Of a DNA stretch of 64,000 bases, positions 1 through 9,471 are shown in pieces. The notes below the pieces were generated by a model. The model had not been told where the DNA came from. It searched no databases and saw only the letters and a list, made by a program, of their open reading frames with translations. This stretch comes from a virus (lineage: Duplodnaviria; Caudoviricetes), in IMG/VR virus record IMGVR_UViG_3300011989_000257, positions 96,001 through 160,000 of that record. One strand, given 5' to 3'. The position numbers and the translations under genes are program-made. Positions within the stretch are counted from its first letter, which is position 1. Each line of letters opens with the position of its first letter.

Positions 1-71
1 AGCCATATCCTTCATACATGTAATCTAAAATATTACTATTCATAATTTTTTAAAATATTTTGTAATTGAAA

Positions 72-761
72 TTATTTATCCCATCCCTTTCCTTTGGTAT
101 ATTTGGATTTACCTTTATAGTAATCTTCCATATCTTTACTCATACCATCCAAAGATTTCATATAGTCTTTATCTCGATAGTCAGCCATATAATCAGCATT
201 TGAAGATAATTCTGGACTAAATTTAACGCCATTACCATCAATTATATCTGTACGATGCCCGTTAAAATCGCCACTCCAAGCATCATTTTCATTGCCATAT
301 GCATAATCATATTGGTCATCATGAATTCTTCCGCTATTTCTTAAAGGAAAACCTTCGCCACGTCTATAATGCCTTATACCGTCAGCCTTTTCTCCTTCCC
401 ACCATCCTTGCTTGGTTGGTGCTTTAGTTTCAAAATCATCATCACTATAGGTGTTCCCTCTTGTATATCTACCTTTATAATCTGGAGAACCTTCCCATTG
501 ATATGGATAACCATCCTTGCCATGTTTTTTGTTAAACATGGTTTGGGCATGTTTTTCTAATTCATCAGCTTTATCATCATAACCATTCCTACCACCCAAT
601 ATAGTTTTGTGATATTTAGCCCTAAGTTCGTCACCTTGCAGTTTTCTCTTTCTAGAAGCATTCATATATGTCTTCCAATCCATCTCATTTAATGCTCTAT
701 TAACAGATTCCTTTACAATATTATGCAAATCTGATTCAGTTAATCTTATAATCTTCTTCAT
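72..761 (-). CDS. hypothetical protein with N-terminal 'IRLTESDL..IVKESV..ALNE' motif; probable virion internal/cargo protein
   Basis: 229-aa ORF; motif recurs in other ORFs here; TATTTATA motif 21 nt upstream. Confidence 0.75.
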   Translation of the reverse strand: MKKIIRLTESDLHNIVKESVNRALNEMDWKTYMNASRKRKLQGDELRAKYHKTILGGRNGYDDKADELEKHAQTMFNKKHGKDGYPYQWEGSPDYKGRYTRGNTYSDDDFETKAPTKQGWWEGEKADGIRHYRRGEGFPLRNSGRIHDDQYDYAYGNENDAWSGDFNGHRTDIIDGNGVKFSPELSSNADYMADYRDKDYMKSLDGMSKDMEDYYKGKSKYTKGKGWDK

Positions 762-804
762 ATCGAAATATTTCTTTTTCTCTATAAATATTAGCCATAA
801 AAAA

Positions 805-832
805 AAAAGGTATCAAACATTTGATACCTTTT
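805..832. terminator. intrinsic terminator hairpin
   Basis: AAAAGGTATCAAA-CA-TTTGATACCTTTT inverted repeat with A/T tracts. Confidence 0.75.
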
Positions 833-935
833 ATCTATTTGTATAAAAATTTTCAATTTCTTCCCTATTCATTCTTATTCTAAAAACTTTAGCAATAAAT
901 ATTTATTGAAAATAAAAATAGAAAAGAAAAATCAA

Positions 936-1676
936 ATGACAAAAATCAATATAAACGAGGCACAATTTGTTTCATTGTTTGGTGGGAAACCATCAGTAGG
1001 TGATAACTTCTATCAAGACAAAGAATATCCTGACTTCACAATTTCAAACGAAAGGATGAATAAAAGCCGTGACGTTTGGTATCCATTCTATAGAGACAGA
1101 TATAATGAGGACAAGTCAGAAATCATGCACCACATAGCATTCTATACAACTATGCGTATGCTTGATAATGGCAAGAAAATACCGTATTCAGGTGGAGCTA
1201 AGATATATCACTCAATAAAAAACATACCATTTTCGAGAGACCAAGTTGAGTGGGTTGAGAAGAAAATACAAAAAAAATACGGTAATTATAGTTTAGAAGA
1301 ATTATATGACCAAATGATTATTGACAGTGAAAAGGGTTTTTATGAAAGTGATATGAATTCAAAAAATGCAGTTTTAAAACTTTTGAAAGATGGCTTCTTT
1401 GACCAATACCTTAATGGTTCGTTGAAAGATGTTGCCCTATGGTCTGTAGGGAGACTGAATGACACGTCTGATATGTTGTCTTGGTTATATAGTAAGAACA
1501 AGTTTACAAAAAAACTAAATTATAATACAGTAATGGATTATTTGAAGAAGAACTGTGATGAGATTGCGGATTCAAACAACAGCTTTATGGGCGATGACAT
1601 TTTTATTGCCCTTTCTTGGATTGAAAATTCACTATCAAAATTAAATAGAGTTCCAACAAATAAAGGTACTGACTGA
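936..1676 (+). CDS. hypothetical protein (start moved to ATG 936, MTKININEAQF)
   Basis: Long ORF; the TTG at 906 lies inside the TATTTATT promoter-like motif. Confidence 0.75.
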   Translation: MTKININEAQFVSLFGGKPSVGDNFYQDKEYPDFTISNERMNKSRDVWYPFYRDRYNEDKSEIMHHIAFYTTMRMLDNGKKIPYSGGAKIYHSIKNIPFSRDQVEWVEKKIQKKYGNYSLEELYDQMIIDSEKGFYESDMNSKNAVLKLLKDGFFDQYLNGSLKDVALWSVGRLNDTSDMLSWLYSKNKFTKKLNYNTVMDYLKKNCDEIADSNNSFMGDDIFIALSWIENSLSKLNRVPTNKGTD

Positions 1677-1688
1677 ATCAGTACCTTT
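1662..1688. terminator. bidirectional terminator between convergent genes
   Basis: AAAGGTACTGA-CTGAA-TCAGTACCTTT hairpin overlapping both gene ends. Confidence 0.75.
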
Positions 1689-2235
1689 AATCATACTCTA
1701 TGCAGAAATCTGCAAGTTTCTCCAAATCACTGTTAAAAACCTTTAACGACAAATCATCCCTACCCCATTTCTTTCGTTTGTAAGGCACGTAGCACTCCTT
1801 TGGCGTATCATATACCACATCCTTGTCTTTAATGGATTCTAAGGCAAAAGAAAGTAATTTTTTACGATTTACAAAAATTATCTTGCTTAACGTTCTAAAT
1901 GCAATGTACTCAGCCTTGCCGTACAACCATCCAGGATACCCAGTAATACCTTGTACTTCTAACCAATGTATTGTATCATCATATTTCTTATCATTTCTAT
2001 TAGCTTTATTTAGTCCCTTCACATCCACCCCAATTCTTCCTTTCTTTGGACTGTTCCACCAGAAGTCAATATGGTCATATTTATCCTCCTGTTTTGAAGC
2101 CTTCTCACAAGTTCCTCCAAGTGTTTTCTCAACTGCCTCAGTTACCAATTCCTCATCGATAAGCCCACGATAATAGAAATCACGTACAGTCTTGTTTAAT
2201 TTCCTTGTTACCATCCATAATTTGTTTCTGAACAA
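1687..2235 (-). CDS. putative PD-(D/E)xK-fold nuclease
   Basis: E...EDKYDHIDFW...GVDVK...WLE spacing typical of restriction-endonuclease-like phage proteins; start uncertain. Confidence 0.5.
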   Translation of the reverse strand: MFRNKLWMVTRKLNKTVRDFYYRGLIDEELVTEAVEKTLGGTCEKASKQEDKYDHIDFWWNSPKKGRIGVDVKGLNKANRNDKKYDDTIHWLEVQGITGYPGWLYGKAEYIAFRTLSKIIFVNRKKLLSFALESIKDKDVVYDTPKECYVPYKRKKWGRDDLSLKVFNSDLEKLADFCIEYD

Positions 2236-2884
2236 TTATTTTTCCGTGATAATCAGATATATCCATATATGTTTGTTTTCTCAACAATATATTAATTGGT
2301 TTCTCAACGTATCTATCACTATATCTAAATGATAAGTCATCCACGAAATCCTTCGTCTTGACATATCCTCTCTGTCTTATGTTATCATCTTGTTTTGCCA
2401 ACTTATCAAGTGTCCACCCTTTCTTTTCAAGGAACTTTGCAATCTTTTGCCTTGATACAAGACACCATTCAAGTTCTCTTATGTTGTCCCTTGTAATGGT
2501 ATCTGTATCATATCGTTTATTTTCCTCATCATATTCAATATCAGCCTTTATAATCCAACCAAGAAGGTAATATTGTGTTGTCTTTGAATAATCAAGGAAC
2601 CAGCCACAACGTTTCTTTCCACCTTTTCCAATAAACGACAATTCAAGAGAAAATGTATCAAGGCTTGTATTGGCGTATCTTGCAGCGACCTTCTCATCTA
2701 CCACGACTCTATATAACTTCTTGTCAGAAGTACTTAAAATAAGGTCTGAACCACTTATTTGTTCATCTATCCCATCTGTTCTTGCAAACTCAGAGAATAG
2801 TTCCTTATTGGAATATAGATTCTTGTCAATGAATGCTGCAATTTCACGTTCAACATTCATATCTTTTTCCCTATTATTTTCCAT
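2180..2884 (-). CDS. putative PD-(D/E)xK-fold nuclease
   Basis: E...EQISGSDLI...VDEK...SLELS motif spacing. Confidence 0.45.
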   Translation of the reverse strand: MENNREKDMNVEREIAAFIDKNLYSNKELFSEFARTDGIDEQISGSDLILSTSDKKLYRVVVDEKVAARYANTSLDTFSLELSFIGKGGKKRCGWFLDYSKTTQYYLLGWIIKADIEYDEENKRYDTDTITRDNIRELEWCLVSRQKIAKFLEKKGWTLDKLAKQDDNIRQRGYVKTKDFVDDLSFRYSDRYVEKPINILLRKQTYMDISDYHGKIIVQKQIMDGNKEIKQDCT

Positions 2885-4114
2885 TTATCCAACACTTAAA
2901 GGAAATTTTATTATTGGGTCTGGGTGATAGTCAACTATTTCAAAATCTTCAAACTTGAAATCTTCGATTGTTTTTTGATTTCCGTGAATAACCAACTTTG
3001 GAACTATATCAGAGCCATTTCTTGATAGTTGCTCCATTACACCATTCATTTGATTTTTATAGATATGACAATCTCCAAAAGAACCTATTACTTCATCTGG
3101 AACCATGTTAACTAACTTTGCAATCATATGAGTTAGAAGGCTATATGAAAATATATTTATAGGTATTCCCAATGGTATATCACAACTTCTCTGTACCCAC
3201 ATACAGCTCAACCCGTATTTAGGTATATCAGCAATATCATAATCACTCCCATCATTAGGCATTAATACATCAGCATCATTATTAATATATTCCATTGAAT
3301 ATTCCTCGAACCAATCATGGTATTTCTGTGGTATTTCGCCCTTCATGTATCTTTCGTTAAAGATTTTCATTCTCTCAGCATTTGTTAGTTCCCTTGTATA
3401 AAATTGGAACATTACGTGACAAGGCGGCAACGCCATATCATCCAATTGGTCTGGGTTAAATGCCACACACAACATCCTCCTATCATTTGGATTTGTTTTA
3501 AGGGTATTGATGATTTCATGTATCTGGTCTAATGAAGTATCACCAAAATGTCTCCATTGTGCCCCATAAACTGGGCCTAAATCGCCAAATCTATATCGTG
3601 ACATATATGAGCCACATATTTCAACCCTTTGTAATGTAAGGTCTAAGAACTCTTCCTTGGTAATGTTTTGAAACCAAGTTTCATCTTTCAGCCTTGCCTC
3701 GTTCTCAATCCAATATTCAAAATTGGTTTTTCTCTTTACTATATTATGTGTGAACTCATCGTCATTATCGTCCAAGCAAACTAGATATTTTGTTGGTTTT
3801 ATTTCCTTTGCTATCTTATTCTTGAACCAACGATATGCATCATCATCCCAGATATGTACACCATTCCTTACAAGGTACTCGATATTCATACTTCCGTGTG
3901 AATTATACGGTCTCTGCAAAAACCATAACAACTCATGGATTGCACCTTTTGTGAATACCTTTTTCGTTGTTAGTATTGGAAAACCTTCCTTTAGGTCAAA
4001 TCTCATTTGTCTACCGAATACTGAATAGACATCACCAGCCCTTGTAGTCTTTTCAACACCATGCTCAAGTATATCGTTTAATAAGTCCAAATATGTTTTA
4101 TCCGTTCTTGTCAT
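2885..4114 (-). CDS. thyA: thymidylate synthase with two insertions
   Basis: GFPILTTKK, ELLWF, DLGPVYGAQWR, PNDRRM, LPPCH, QRSCD..LG.P.N, GDCHIYKN motifs. Confidence 0.95.
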   Translation of the reverse strand: MTRTDKTYLDLLNDILEHGVEKTTRAGDVYSVFGRQMRFDLKEGFPILTTKKVFTKGAIHELLWFLQRPYNSHGSMNIEYLVRNGVHIWDDDAYRWFKNKIAKEIKPTKYLVCLDDNDDEFTHNIVKRKTNFEYWIENEARLKDETWFQNITKEEFLDLTLQRVEICGSYMSRYRFGDLGPVYGAQWRHFGDTSLDQIHEIINTLKTNPNDRRMLCVAFNPDQLDDMALPPCHVMFQFYTRELTNAERMKIFNERYMKGEIPQKYHDWFEEYSMEYINNDADVLMPNDGSDYDIADIPKYGLSCMWVQRSCDIPLGIPINIFSYSLLTHMIAKLVNMVPDEVIGSFGDCHIYKNQMNGVMEQLSRNGSDIVPKLVIHGNQKTIEDFKFEDFEIVDYHPDPIIKFPLSVG

Positions 4115-4589
4115 GTTCTAAACTATTAATATATTGCATTATTATTGGCGAATTGCCTATAAACTCCCCTTTATTGCTTAACTTATGCTTGTAACAATTT
4201 TGGGATTCATCATTATCAATGTCATCAACCCATTCTTCAAAATTCTTATCAAGTTCTCTAATAACTTTTGGATTTGTTCTTTTAATTACTTGATTTTCTA
4301 TGAATTCGCCTCTCCTTTCAGACGATGGGTAGAAAATATCATAATCAGTATTATGCTCATTGAAAATACCTCTCATATCACTAGATGAAGGAATGAATAC
4401 AATATCGTAATTATCAACAACAGACATTACCTTATTATAACATTCTTCCAATAAATCTTGATTGATTGTGCCATCAACATCAGTTAATGGTATTTTTTCT
4501 ACTGCATCGAATATCTTTGCCTTCTTGCCATAAATATTCTTAAAATATTCTCTACCACAACCAATAAAACTACTAATTATTATTCCCAT
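4098..4589 (-). CDS. degenerate P-loop kinase-like protein
   Basis: N-terminal IISSFIGCGREY resembles the phage 'IISAFPGxGKT' family but lacks the Walker A Lys. Confidence 0.45.
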   Translation of the reverse strand: MGIIISSFIGCGREYFKNIYGKKAKIFDAVEKIPLTDVDGTINQDLLEECYNKVMSVVDNYDIVFIPSSSDMRGIFNEHNTDYDIFYPSSERRGEFIENQVIKRTNPKVIRELDKNFEEWVDDIDNDESQNCYKHKLSNKGEFIGNSPIIMQYINSLEHDKNG

Positions 4590-4590
4590 T

Positions 4591-4836
4591 TCATTTATTA
4601 TATTCCTTAAAACATTCTATGCAAAAGAAAATGTTACCAATTGCAAATATTAAAGTTATTATTCCAAAAACTATGTTTCCACTTATTATATGATATAAAA
4701 ACAAAAGAAACATACCTACAGATGCTAAAGCCCATCCTATTGTTCTTCCTAAAGCCATCCTAGTGCCTATAGTTGGTATTGTAAGTATCAATCCAACTAA
4801 TACTAGCATTAAGCCTATTATACTAATCGTTATCAT
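4591..4836 (-). CDS. small membrane protein (~3 TM)
   Basis: 81 aa, almost entirely hydrophobic, packed in the operon. Confidence 0.7.
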   Translation of the reverse strand: MITISIIGLMLVLVGLILTIPTIGTRMALGRTIGWALASVGMFLLFLYHIISGNIVFGIITLIFAIGNIFFCIECFKEYNK

Positions 4837-5107
4837 TTCTCAATTTATCGTCTCTTAATCTAATTAGTTTTCTTTCAAGTTCCTTCTCGAAATCATCGTA
4901 GTTCATCATAGTGGCAATCTGTTCAACCATGATGAATACGTCAGCAAGCTCTGTCATAACATCGTGGTGACTAGTCCTACCCCTTTTGAACTGGGCTACT
5001 GCCGTAATTAGTTCACCAAGCTCCTCATTGAGCATATTCACCTGTGCTTCCTCGCCCCACTTCTCAAGAGCTTCCTTGTACAAATCAATTCTGTTTTGTT
5101 TCTCCAT
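4823..5107 (-). CDS. MazG-like NTP pyrophosphohydrolase
   Basis: EELGELI...ELADV motif pair. Confidence 0.85.
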   Translation of the reverse strand: MEKQNRIDLYKEALEKWGEEAQVNMLNEELGELITAVAQFKRGRTSHHDVMTELADVFIMVEQIATMMNYDDFEKELERKLIRLRDDKLRNDND

Positions 5108-5119
5108 ATATTATTTTTT

Positions 5120-5617
5120 TTAGAAATTATTTTCAAAATCCTTTCCTTCAGTATAAAGTTGTTTACCAACTGCCTCAAGTGCTGCGCAAACAGCATCAAA
5201 TGCATCGGATGTAAGTTTTACTTCCCTTTCACATATGACTTTATCCTTGTTATCCTTAATCGTAAGTTTTCCATCTTCGTAGAATACAAAGATTCCATCT
5301 TCCATCCTGAACGTCAATTCACCATCAAGTGTTGCAAGGTCAGCGTTCTCAAGTTTTTCATACTCATATCCCTTAGACTTGATATATTCATTCAAAGCTT
5401 TACCTTGAGATGGTGCATCACGAAACAACAAATATTGATTCACGTTAACATCCTTATACTCATACTGAGTACCATTATTAAAAACAATCCTTAGTGTTTT
5501 TAAACTATTATCTTTATCATCGCATTCAGAGTACTTGATATTAGATGACTGATACCAAACACGGTCTACATCATTACCGTTTTTGCTTTTCGTGTACAAA
5601 CTAAAAATTTTACTCAT
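5120..5617 (-). CDS. KTSC-domain protein (start moved to ATG 5617)
   Basis: SSNI...LRIVFNNGTQYEYKDV...APSQGKALNEYIK; the TTG at 5638 lies in the promoter. Confidence 0.8.
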   Translation of the reverse strand: MSKIFSLYTKSKNGNDVDRVWYQSSNIKYSECDDKDNSLKTLRIVFNNGTQYEYKDVNVNQYLLFRDAPSQGKALNEYIKSKGYEYEKLENADLATLDGELTFRMEDGIFVFYEDGKLTIKDNKDKVICEREVKLTSDAFDAVCAALEAVGKQLYTEGKDFENNF

Positions 5618-5635
5618 ATCTTTAACTATTTTTTG

Positions 5636-5643
5636 CAAAGATA
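5636..5643 (-). promoter_or_regulatory. Bacteroidota-type -7 element (TATCTTTG) driving the KTSC-MazG-thyA operon
   Basis: CAAAGATA on + strand; TTTG (-33-like) further upstream on the minus strand. Confidence 0.75.
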
Positions 5644-5752
5644 TGTAAAAAAAGTTAAAATTCCAAATAATCCCAGATAATTTTCTTCAATTACCTATTG
5701 ATTTTTTTAAGGAAAGATATTATTTTTTAAGTATAAAAATATTTTTCAAATT

Positions 5753-8263
5753 ATGAGTAAGAAGAACGAAATTAACTACACAATCGAACTAAATGGGGTA
5801 TTAGACTATATGTCAACAGTGTTGTTAAATGAATTTCCAACAGATGTATTAACCCCAGAGTATTTGATACTTGCTATCCTAGATACAAGGGATTCTCATG
5901 CGAATCTTATTTTGGACAATTGTTTGATGTCTAATAACATTGATGAGTTAAGGAAAGTATATGTTGAAGTGATAAACTCGCATATAAACCCACAGTTAAA
6001 GGATGGAAACGTTAGATTTAACGATGAATTGATACGAATATTGGATTGTGCGAGGATAGAATCTGAGAAACTTAATAATTCACAAGTTGGGAGCGAGCAT
6101 GTTTTGCTTGCAATATTAAACAAAGAAAACAATTTTAAGGAAGAAAATGTATTTAGTAAATTCATGTTACAATATGAATTCATATTTAATAAATGTGATG
6201 TAAATACTGCAAATCAAGAAAAAGAAACTAAAACTAATAAATTGAAGCCAAAGAAAATAACCAAGACAAAACCAAAAAACGATATACCATTGAAGAGTCA
6301 AGTTAATACAAAAACAATTACAACAGACTTATCTTCCAATTCAGTAATTGAACAGTTTACCACTAGTTTGAACAAAATGGCGAATAACGGACAGATTGAT
6401 GATATAATTGGAAGAAGAGATGAAATAGAAGAAATCATACAAGTTCTATCAAGGCGAAAGAAGAATAATGCAATATTAGTCGGTAAAGGGGGTGTAGGAA
6501 AAACCCAAATTGTCTACGGTATTGCCAAGATGATTGAGGAGAACAAAGTTCCAAATGTACTTGAAGATAAAGAGATTGTAATGCTTAACCCAATGGCACT
6601 TGTAAGTGGCACACATTTCAGGGGAATGTTTGAAGAGAGGATGAAAAACCTAATTGATGCACTTCAGTCTTCAAATAGATATATTTTATTCATTGATGAT
6701 ATCCATACTGTTTTAAAGAGTGGTAGCAAGGAAAAGGATGGCGATATAAGTGGTATGATTGGAGATTTACTTTCGGAGGGAACTGTAAAAGTAATTGCAA
6801 CTACTACATTCAAAGAATACAGAAATGCAATCGAATCAAACACACAGATTTCTAGAAAATTCCAAAAAATTGTAATAGAATCTGCAACAATTGAGGAATC
6901 CATTAATATCTTGAAACAAAACAAGCGATATTATGAAGACTACCATAATGTGTCTTACAGTGATGAAGCAATTGAAAAAGCAGTTAAACTAGCAGATAGA
7001 TATATTACAGATAGAAGTTTGCCAGATTCAGCATTTGACCTCATTGACCTTGCAGGAGCAAAGACAACACTTATTGACAGAGAGCCAATTGAGATACAAA
7101 ATACAAAGAAAAGAATGAGACAAATCGAAGAAGATAAGAATGAAGCTCTTAATAATGGAGACTTTGAAAAAATAGATTCATTGACCATTGAAGAAAATGT
7201 TCTTGCATCAGACCTTGCAGATTATAAGAGAGATATCAATAATCTTAAGTTAGCAAAAATTAATATCACAGAAAGCGATATTGCAGATGTTGTATCTGAG
7301 GTTACAAAAATACCTGTAAGTAAACTAAACACCAATGAAAAGAGCAAAATTGCGCATATTGATGAAGTACTGAAGAAGAGTGTGATTGGGCAAGATGAAG
7401 CAGTCGATGCTGTATGTAGGGTTATTAAAAGAAATAAAGTAGGACTTGGAGATAAAGCAAAAACTATGGCTAACCTATTATTCGTAGGTCCTACTGGTTC
7501 TGGAAAAACTCTAATAGCAAAGAAATTAGCAGAAGAAATCTTTGGTGATGAAAATGCTTTAATCAGAATAGACATGTCTGAATATTCAGAAAAGAACTCA
7601 GTTGCAAAATTAACTGGTGCTGCACCAGGATATATTGGATACGAGAATGGTGGGCAACTTACCGAAGCCATTAAGCATAAACAGCATTGCGTATTATTGC
7701 TTGATGAAATTGAAAAGGCTGACCAAGAAGTATATAATATATTTCTACAATTATTTGACGAAGGAAGACTTACAGATAGTTCAGGACAAATTGTTAATTT
7801 TAAAAACGTAATTGTTCTTATGACATCAAATATCGGTGCTAGAAAGGCAGCAGAACTAGGAAATGGAGTAGGATTTGTCAACAATGAGGATTCTAATAAA
7901 AAGTCAATTATAGACAAAGAACTTAAAAAGAAGTTTACTCCAGAATTTCTTAATAGATTGGACCAAATAATATATTTTAATAATTTATCTAATGATAATT
8001 TAAAAAATATAGTTAAATTAGAAATAAATAAATTTAATAATAGATTAAATAATATTAATTATAATATAGTATATAGCGATGACGTAGTAGACTATATACA
8101 TGTAGAGGCTGTAAAGAAAAAGGAATTTGGAGCAAGACCAATAATAAGACTAATCCAAGATAACATTGAGGACAAGATAACTGACTTAATGCTTGAAAAT
8201 GATTATCAACCTAATTATACGTTCAGTGCCTCTTGCGAAAATGATAAGATAGTTATAAAATGA
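5753..8263 (+). CDS. clpC: ClpC/ClpA-like double AAA+ ATPase
   Basis: Clp N-domain (PEYLILAIL, SEHVLLAIL), GKGGVGKT, LFIDDIH, UVR-like coil, GPTGSGKT, LLDEIEKA, GRLTD, VGF loop, GARP. Confidence 0.92.
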   Translation: MSKKNEINYTIELNGVLDYMSTVLLNEFPTDVLTPEYLILAILDTRDSHANLILDNCLMSNNIDELRKVYVEVINSHINPQLKDGNVRFNDELIRILDCARIESEKLNNSQVGSEHVLLAILNKENNFKEENVFSKFMLQYEFIFNKCDVNTANQEKETKTNKLKPKKITKTKPKNDIPLKSQVNTKTITTDLSSNSVIEQFTTSLNKMANNGQIDDIIGRRDEIEEIIQVLSRRKKNNAILVGKGGVGKTQIVYGIAKMIEENKVPNVLEDKEIVMLNPMALVSGTHFRGMFEERMKNLIDALQSSNRYILFIDDIHTVLKSGSKEKDGDISGMIGDLLSEGTVKVIATTTFKEYRNAIESNTQISRKFQKIVIESATIEESINILKQNKRYYEDYHNVSYSDEAIEKAVKLADRYITDRSLPDSAFDLIDLAGAKTTLIDREPIEIQNTKKRMRQIEEDKNEALNNGDFEKIDSLTIEENVLASDLADYKRDINNLKLAKINITESDIADVVSEVTKIPVSKLNTNEKSKIAHIDEVLKKSVIGQDEAVDAVCRVIKRNKVGLGDKAKTMANLLFVGPTGSGKTLIAKKLAEEIFGDENALIRIDMSEYSEKNSVAKLTGAAPGYIGYENGGQLTEAIKHKQHCVLLLDEIEKADQEVYNIFLQLFDEGRLTDSSGQIVNFKNVIVLMTSNIGARKAAELGNGVGFVNNEDSNKKSIIDKELKKKFTPEFLNRLDQIIYFNNLSNDNLKNIVKLEINKFNNRLNNINYNIVYSDDVVDYIHVEAVKKKEFGARPIIRLIQDNIEDKITDLMLENDYQPNYTFSASCENDKIVIK

Positions 8264-8306
8264 TAGTTCTGTCATAATTTTTTAAATATTTTTGTAGTTA
8301 ATTAAT

Positions 8307-8344
8307 GAAGGGGGATTCAAACGAGATTTAAATTCCCCTTTTTT
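8307..8344 (+). terminator. intrinsic terminator after clpC
   Basis: AAGGGG...CCCCTT imperfect stem followed by a T tract. Confidence 0.65.
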
Positions 8345-8373
8345 GTAAAATAAGCAAAAAATCACTAAAAAAT

Positions 8374-8404
8374 TTGGTTATCTCAATTTTTTTTAGTATC
8401 TTTG
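8374..8404 (+). promoter_or_regulatory. Bacteroidota primary-sigma promoter (TTTG...TATCTTTG); representative of + strand -7 copies at 8397, 9963, 10368, 10898, 11622, 13093, 17307, 18261, 21278, 23516, 50728, 52851, 60159, 63861
   Basis: TA(T/C)(C/A)TTTGC recurs just upstream of start codons, often with AAATTTGG about 20 nt upstream; matches the Bacteroides -33/-7 consensus. Confidence 0.85.
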
Positions 8405-8426
8405 CATTCGTAAATCAAAAATCGTT

Positions 8427-9002
8427 ATGGCGATAGATTTATGCAACAAACTCATAGACAATGATTTGACAAGAAATGAGTTGTTGGAAAGGGTCGAAAT
8501 AAAAAAGACCTCAATTGAAGATTTGGTAGAAATATGTAAAATATTGGCTAAAGCATTTAATTTGCCGAGTAATGCTGAAGCATATTACCAATTATGTAAT
8601 TCAAAAGTATTAATAGATGAGTCAGTAAAACTAATAGATAAAGAAAGCGGTGAAATATATGGACTATTAATGTTCTGTGAATACCCCATAAAAATAGGTT
8701 CTCCAATTTGTTTTTTAGAAAAGGAATTGTCAGAGTATCTCGATAAATATACTCAAGTCAATGGACATTCGTTTGTTATTGATGAGAGACTTCGTGGAAC
8801 TAATCTTGACAAAAAAATGTTATTCTACAATATTGAATTTCTTAGAGATAATTTTGACTTTATTTGGATGGGAGTTGAAAAAAGTCTTAGAACTTTACCA
8901 TATTGGCATAGACTAGGGTTTGTGGATGTATTTGAAATACCAGAAGCAACTTTTTGCCTTATCCCATTGAGCGAAAAGATGATTAAAGAATATTTATTAT
9001 AA
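8427..9002 (+). CDS. GNAT-fold acetyltransferase-like protein
   Basis: FVIDERLRGTNL (motif A) and YWHRLGF (motif B). Confidence 0.7.
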   Translation: MAIDLCNKLIDNDLTRNELLERVEIKKTSIEDLVEICKILAKAFNLPSNAEAYYQLCNSKVLIDESVKLIDKESGEIYGLLMFCEYPIKIGSPICFLEKELSEYLDKYTQVNGHSFVIDERLRGTNLDKKMLFYNIEFLRDNFDFIWMGVEKSLRTLPYWHRLGFVDVFEIPEATFCLIPLSEKMIKEYLL

Positions 9003-9023
9003 TAGAAAAAATATTTTTTTATT

Positions 9024-9383
9024 ATGAAAAGATTCATATTATCTGAAAATGGCTTAGAGAGGTTAAAACAGAACTTAATAAGGGAAGCATGTTATGAGGA
9101 ACATGTAAGTCATGGTTCTAAATTCCTTACCGCAAATTATAAGGCAATTCCTTATGATGATGGCAAGGGGAAGATTGTTGGTGTGTTTATGAAATTGGAT
9201 AATGGACAGCCTACAAAGATGACATGTTGGAAACAAGATGTACTAGATGCATTAGATAAAGAATTTTATAATAGAATAACAAACGATACCGAAAGAAAAG
9301 GCTTCATAAGCCAATTGCTAGACGATTGGTATAATGGTGGAATTAGTAAATATGGAAGTCTGTCAAAGTACAATTTTAACTAA
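9024..9383 (+). CDS. hypothetical protein with 'FILSENGLERLKQNLIRE' leader
   Basis: 119-aa ORF; TATTTATT at 8991. Confidence 0.7.
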   Translation: MKRFILSENGLERLKQNLIREACYEEHVSHGSKFLTANYKAIPYDDGKGKIVGVFMKLDNGQPTKMTCWKQDVLDALDKEFYNRITNDTERKGFISQLLDDWYNGGISKYGSLSKYNFN

Positions 9384-9471
9384 GAGGAAAAAGTGTGACG
9401 TAACTCGCTCTCACATATCGTCACCAAATCGAATATAGCATACTATGTTCGAGCCTCACAATAAATTTTAA

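Noticed and set aside
2885-4114. dCMP hydroxymethylase or intron-containing td
   Set aside because: The specificity residue is Asn (LGIPIN), as in dUMP-specific ThyA, and the ORF is continuous.
9384-9460. Hammerhead ribozyme or tRNA
   Set aside because: No CUGAnGA/GAAA core in the right arrangement on either strand, and no four-arm cloverleaf.
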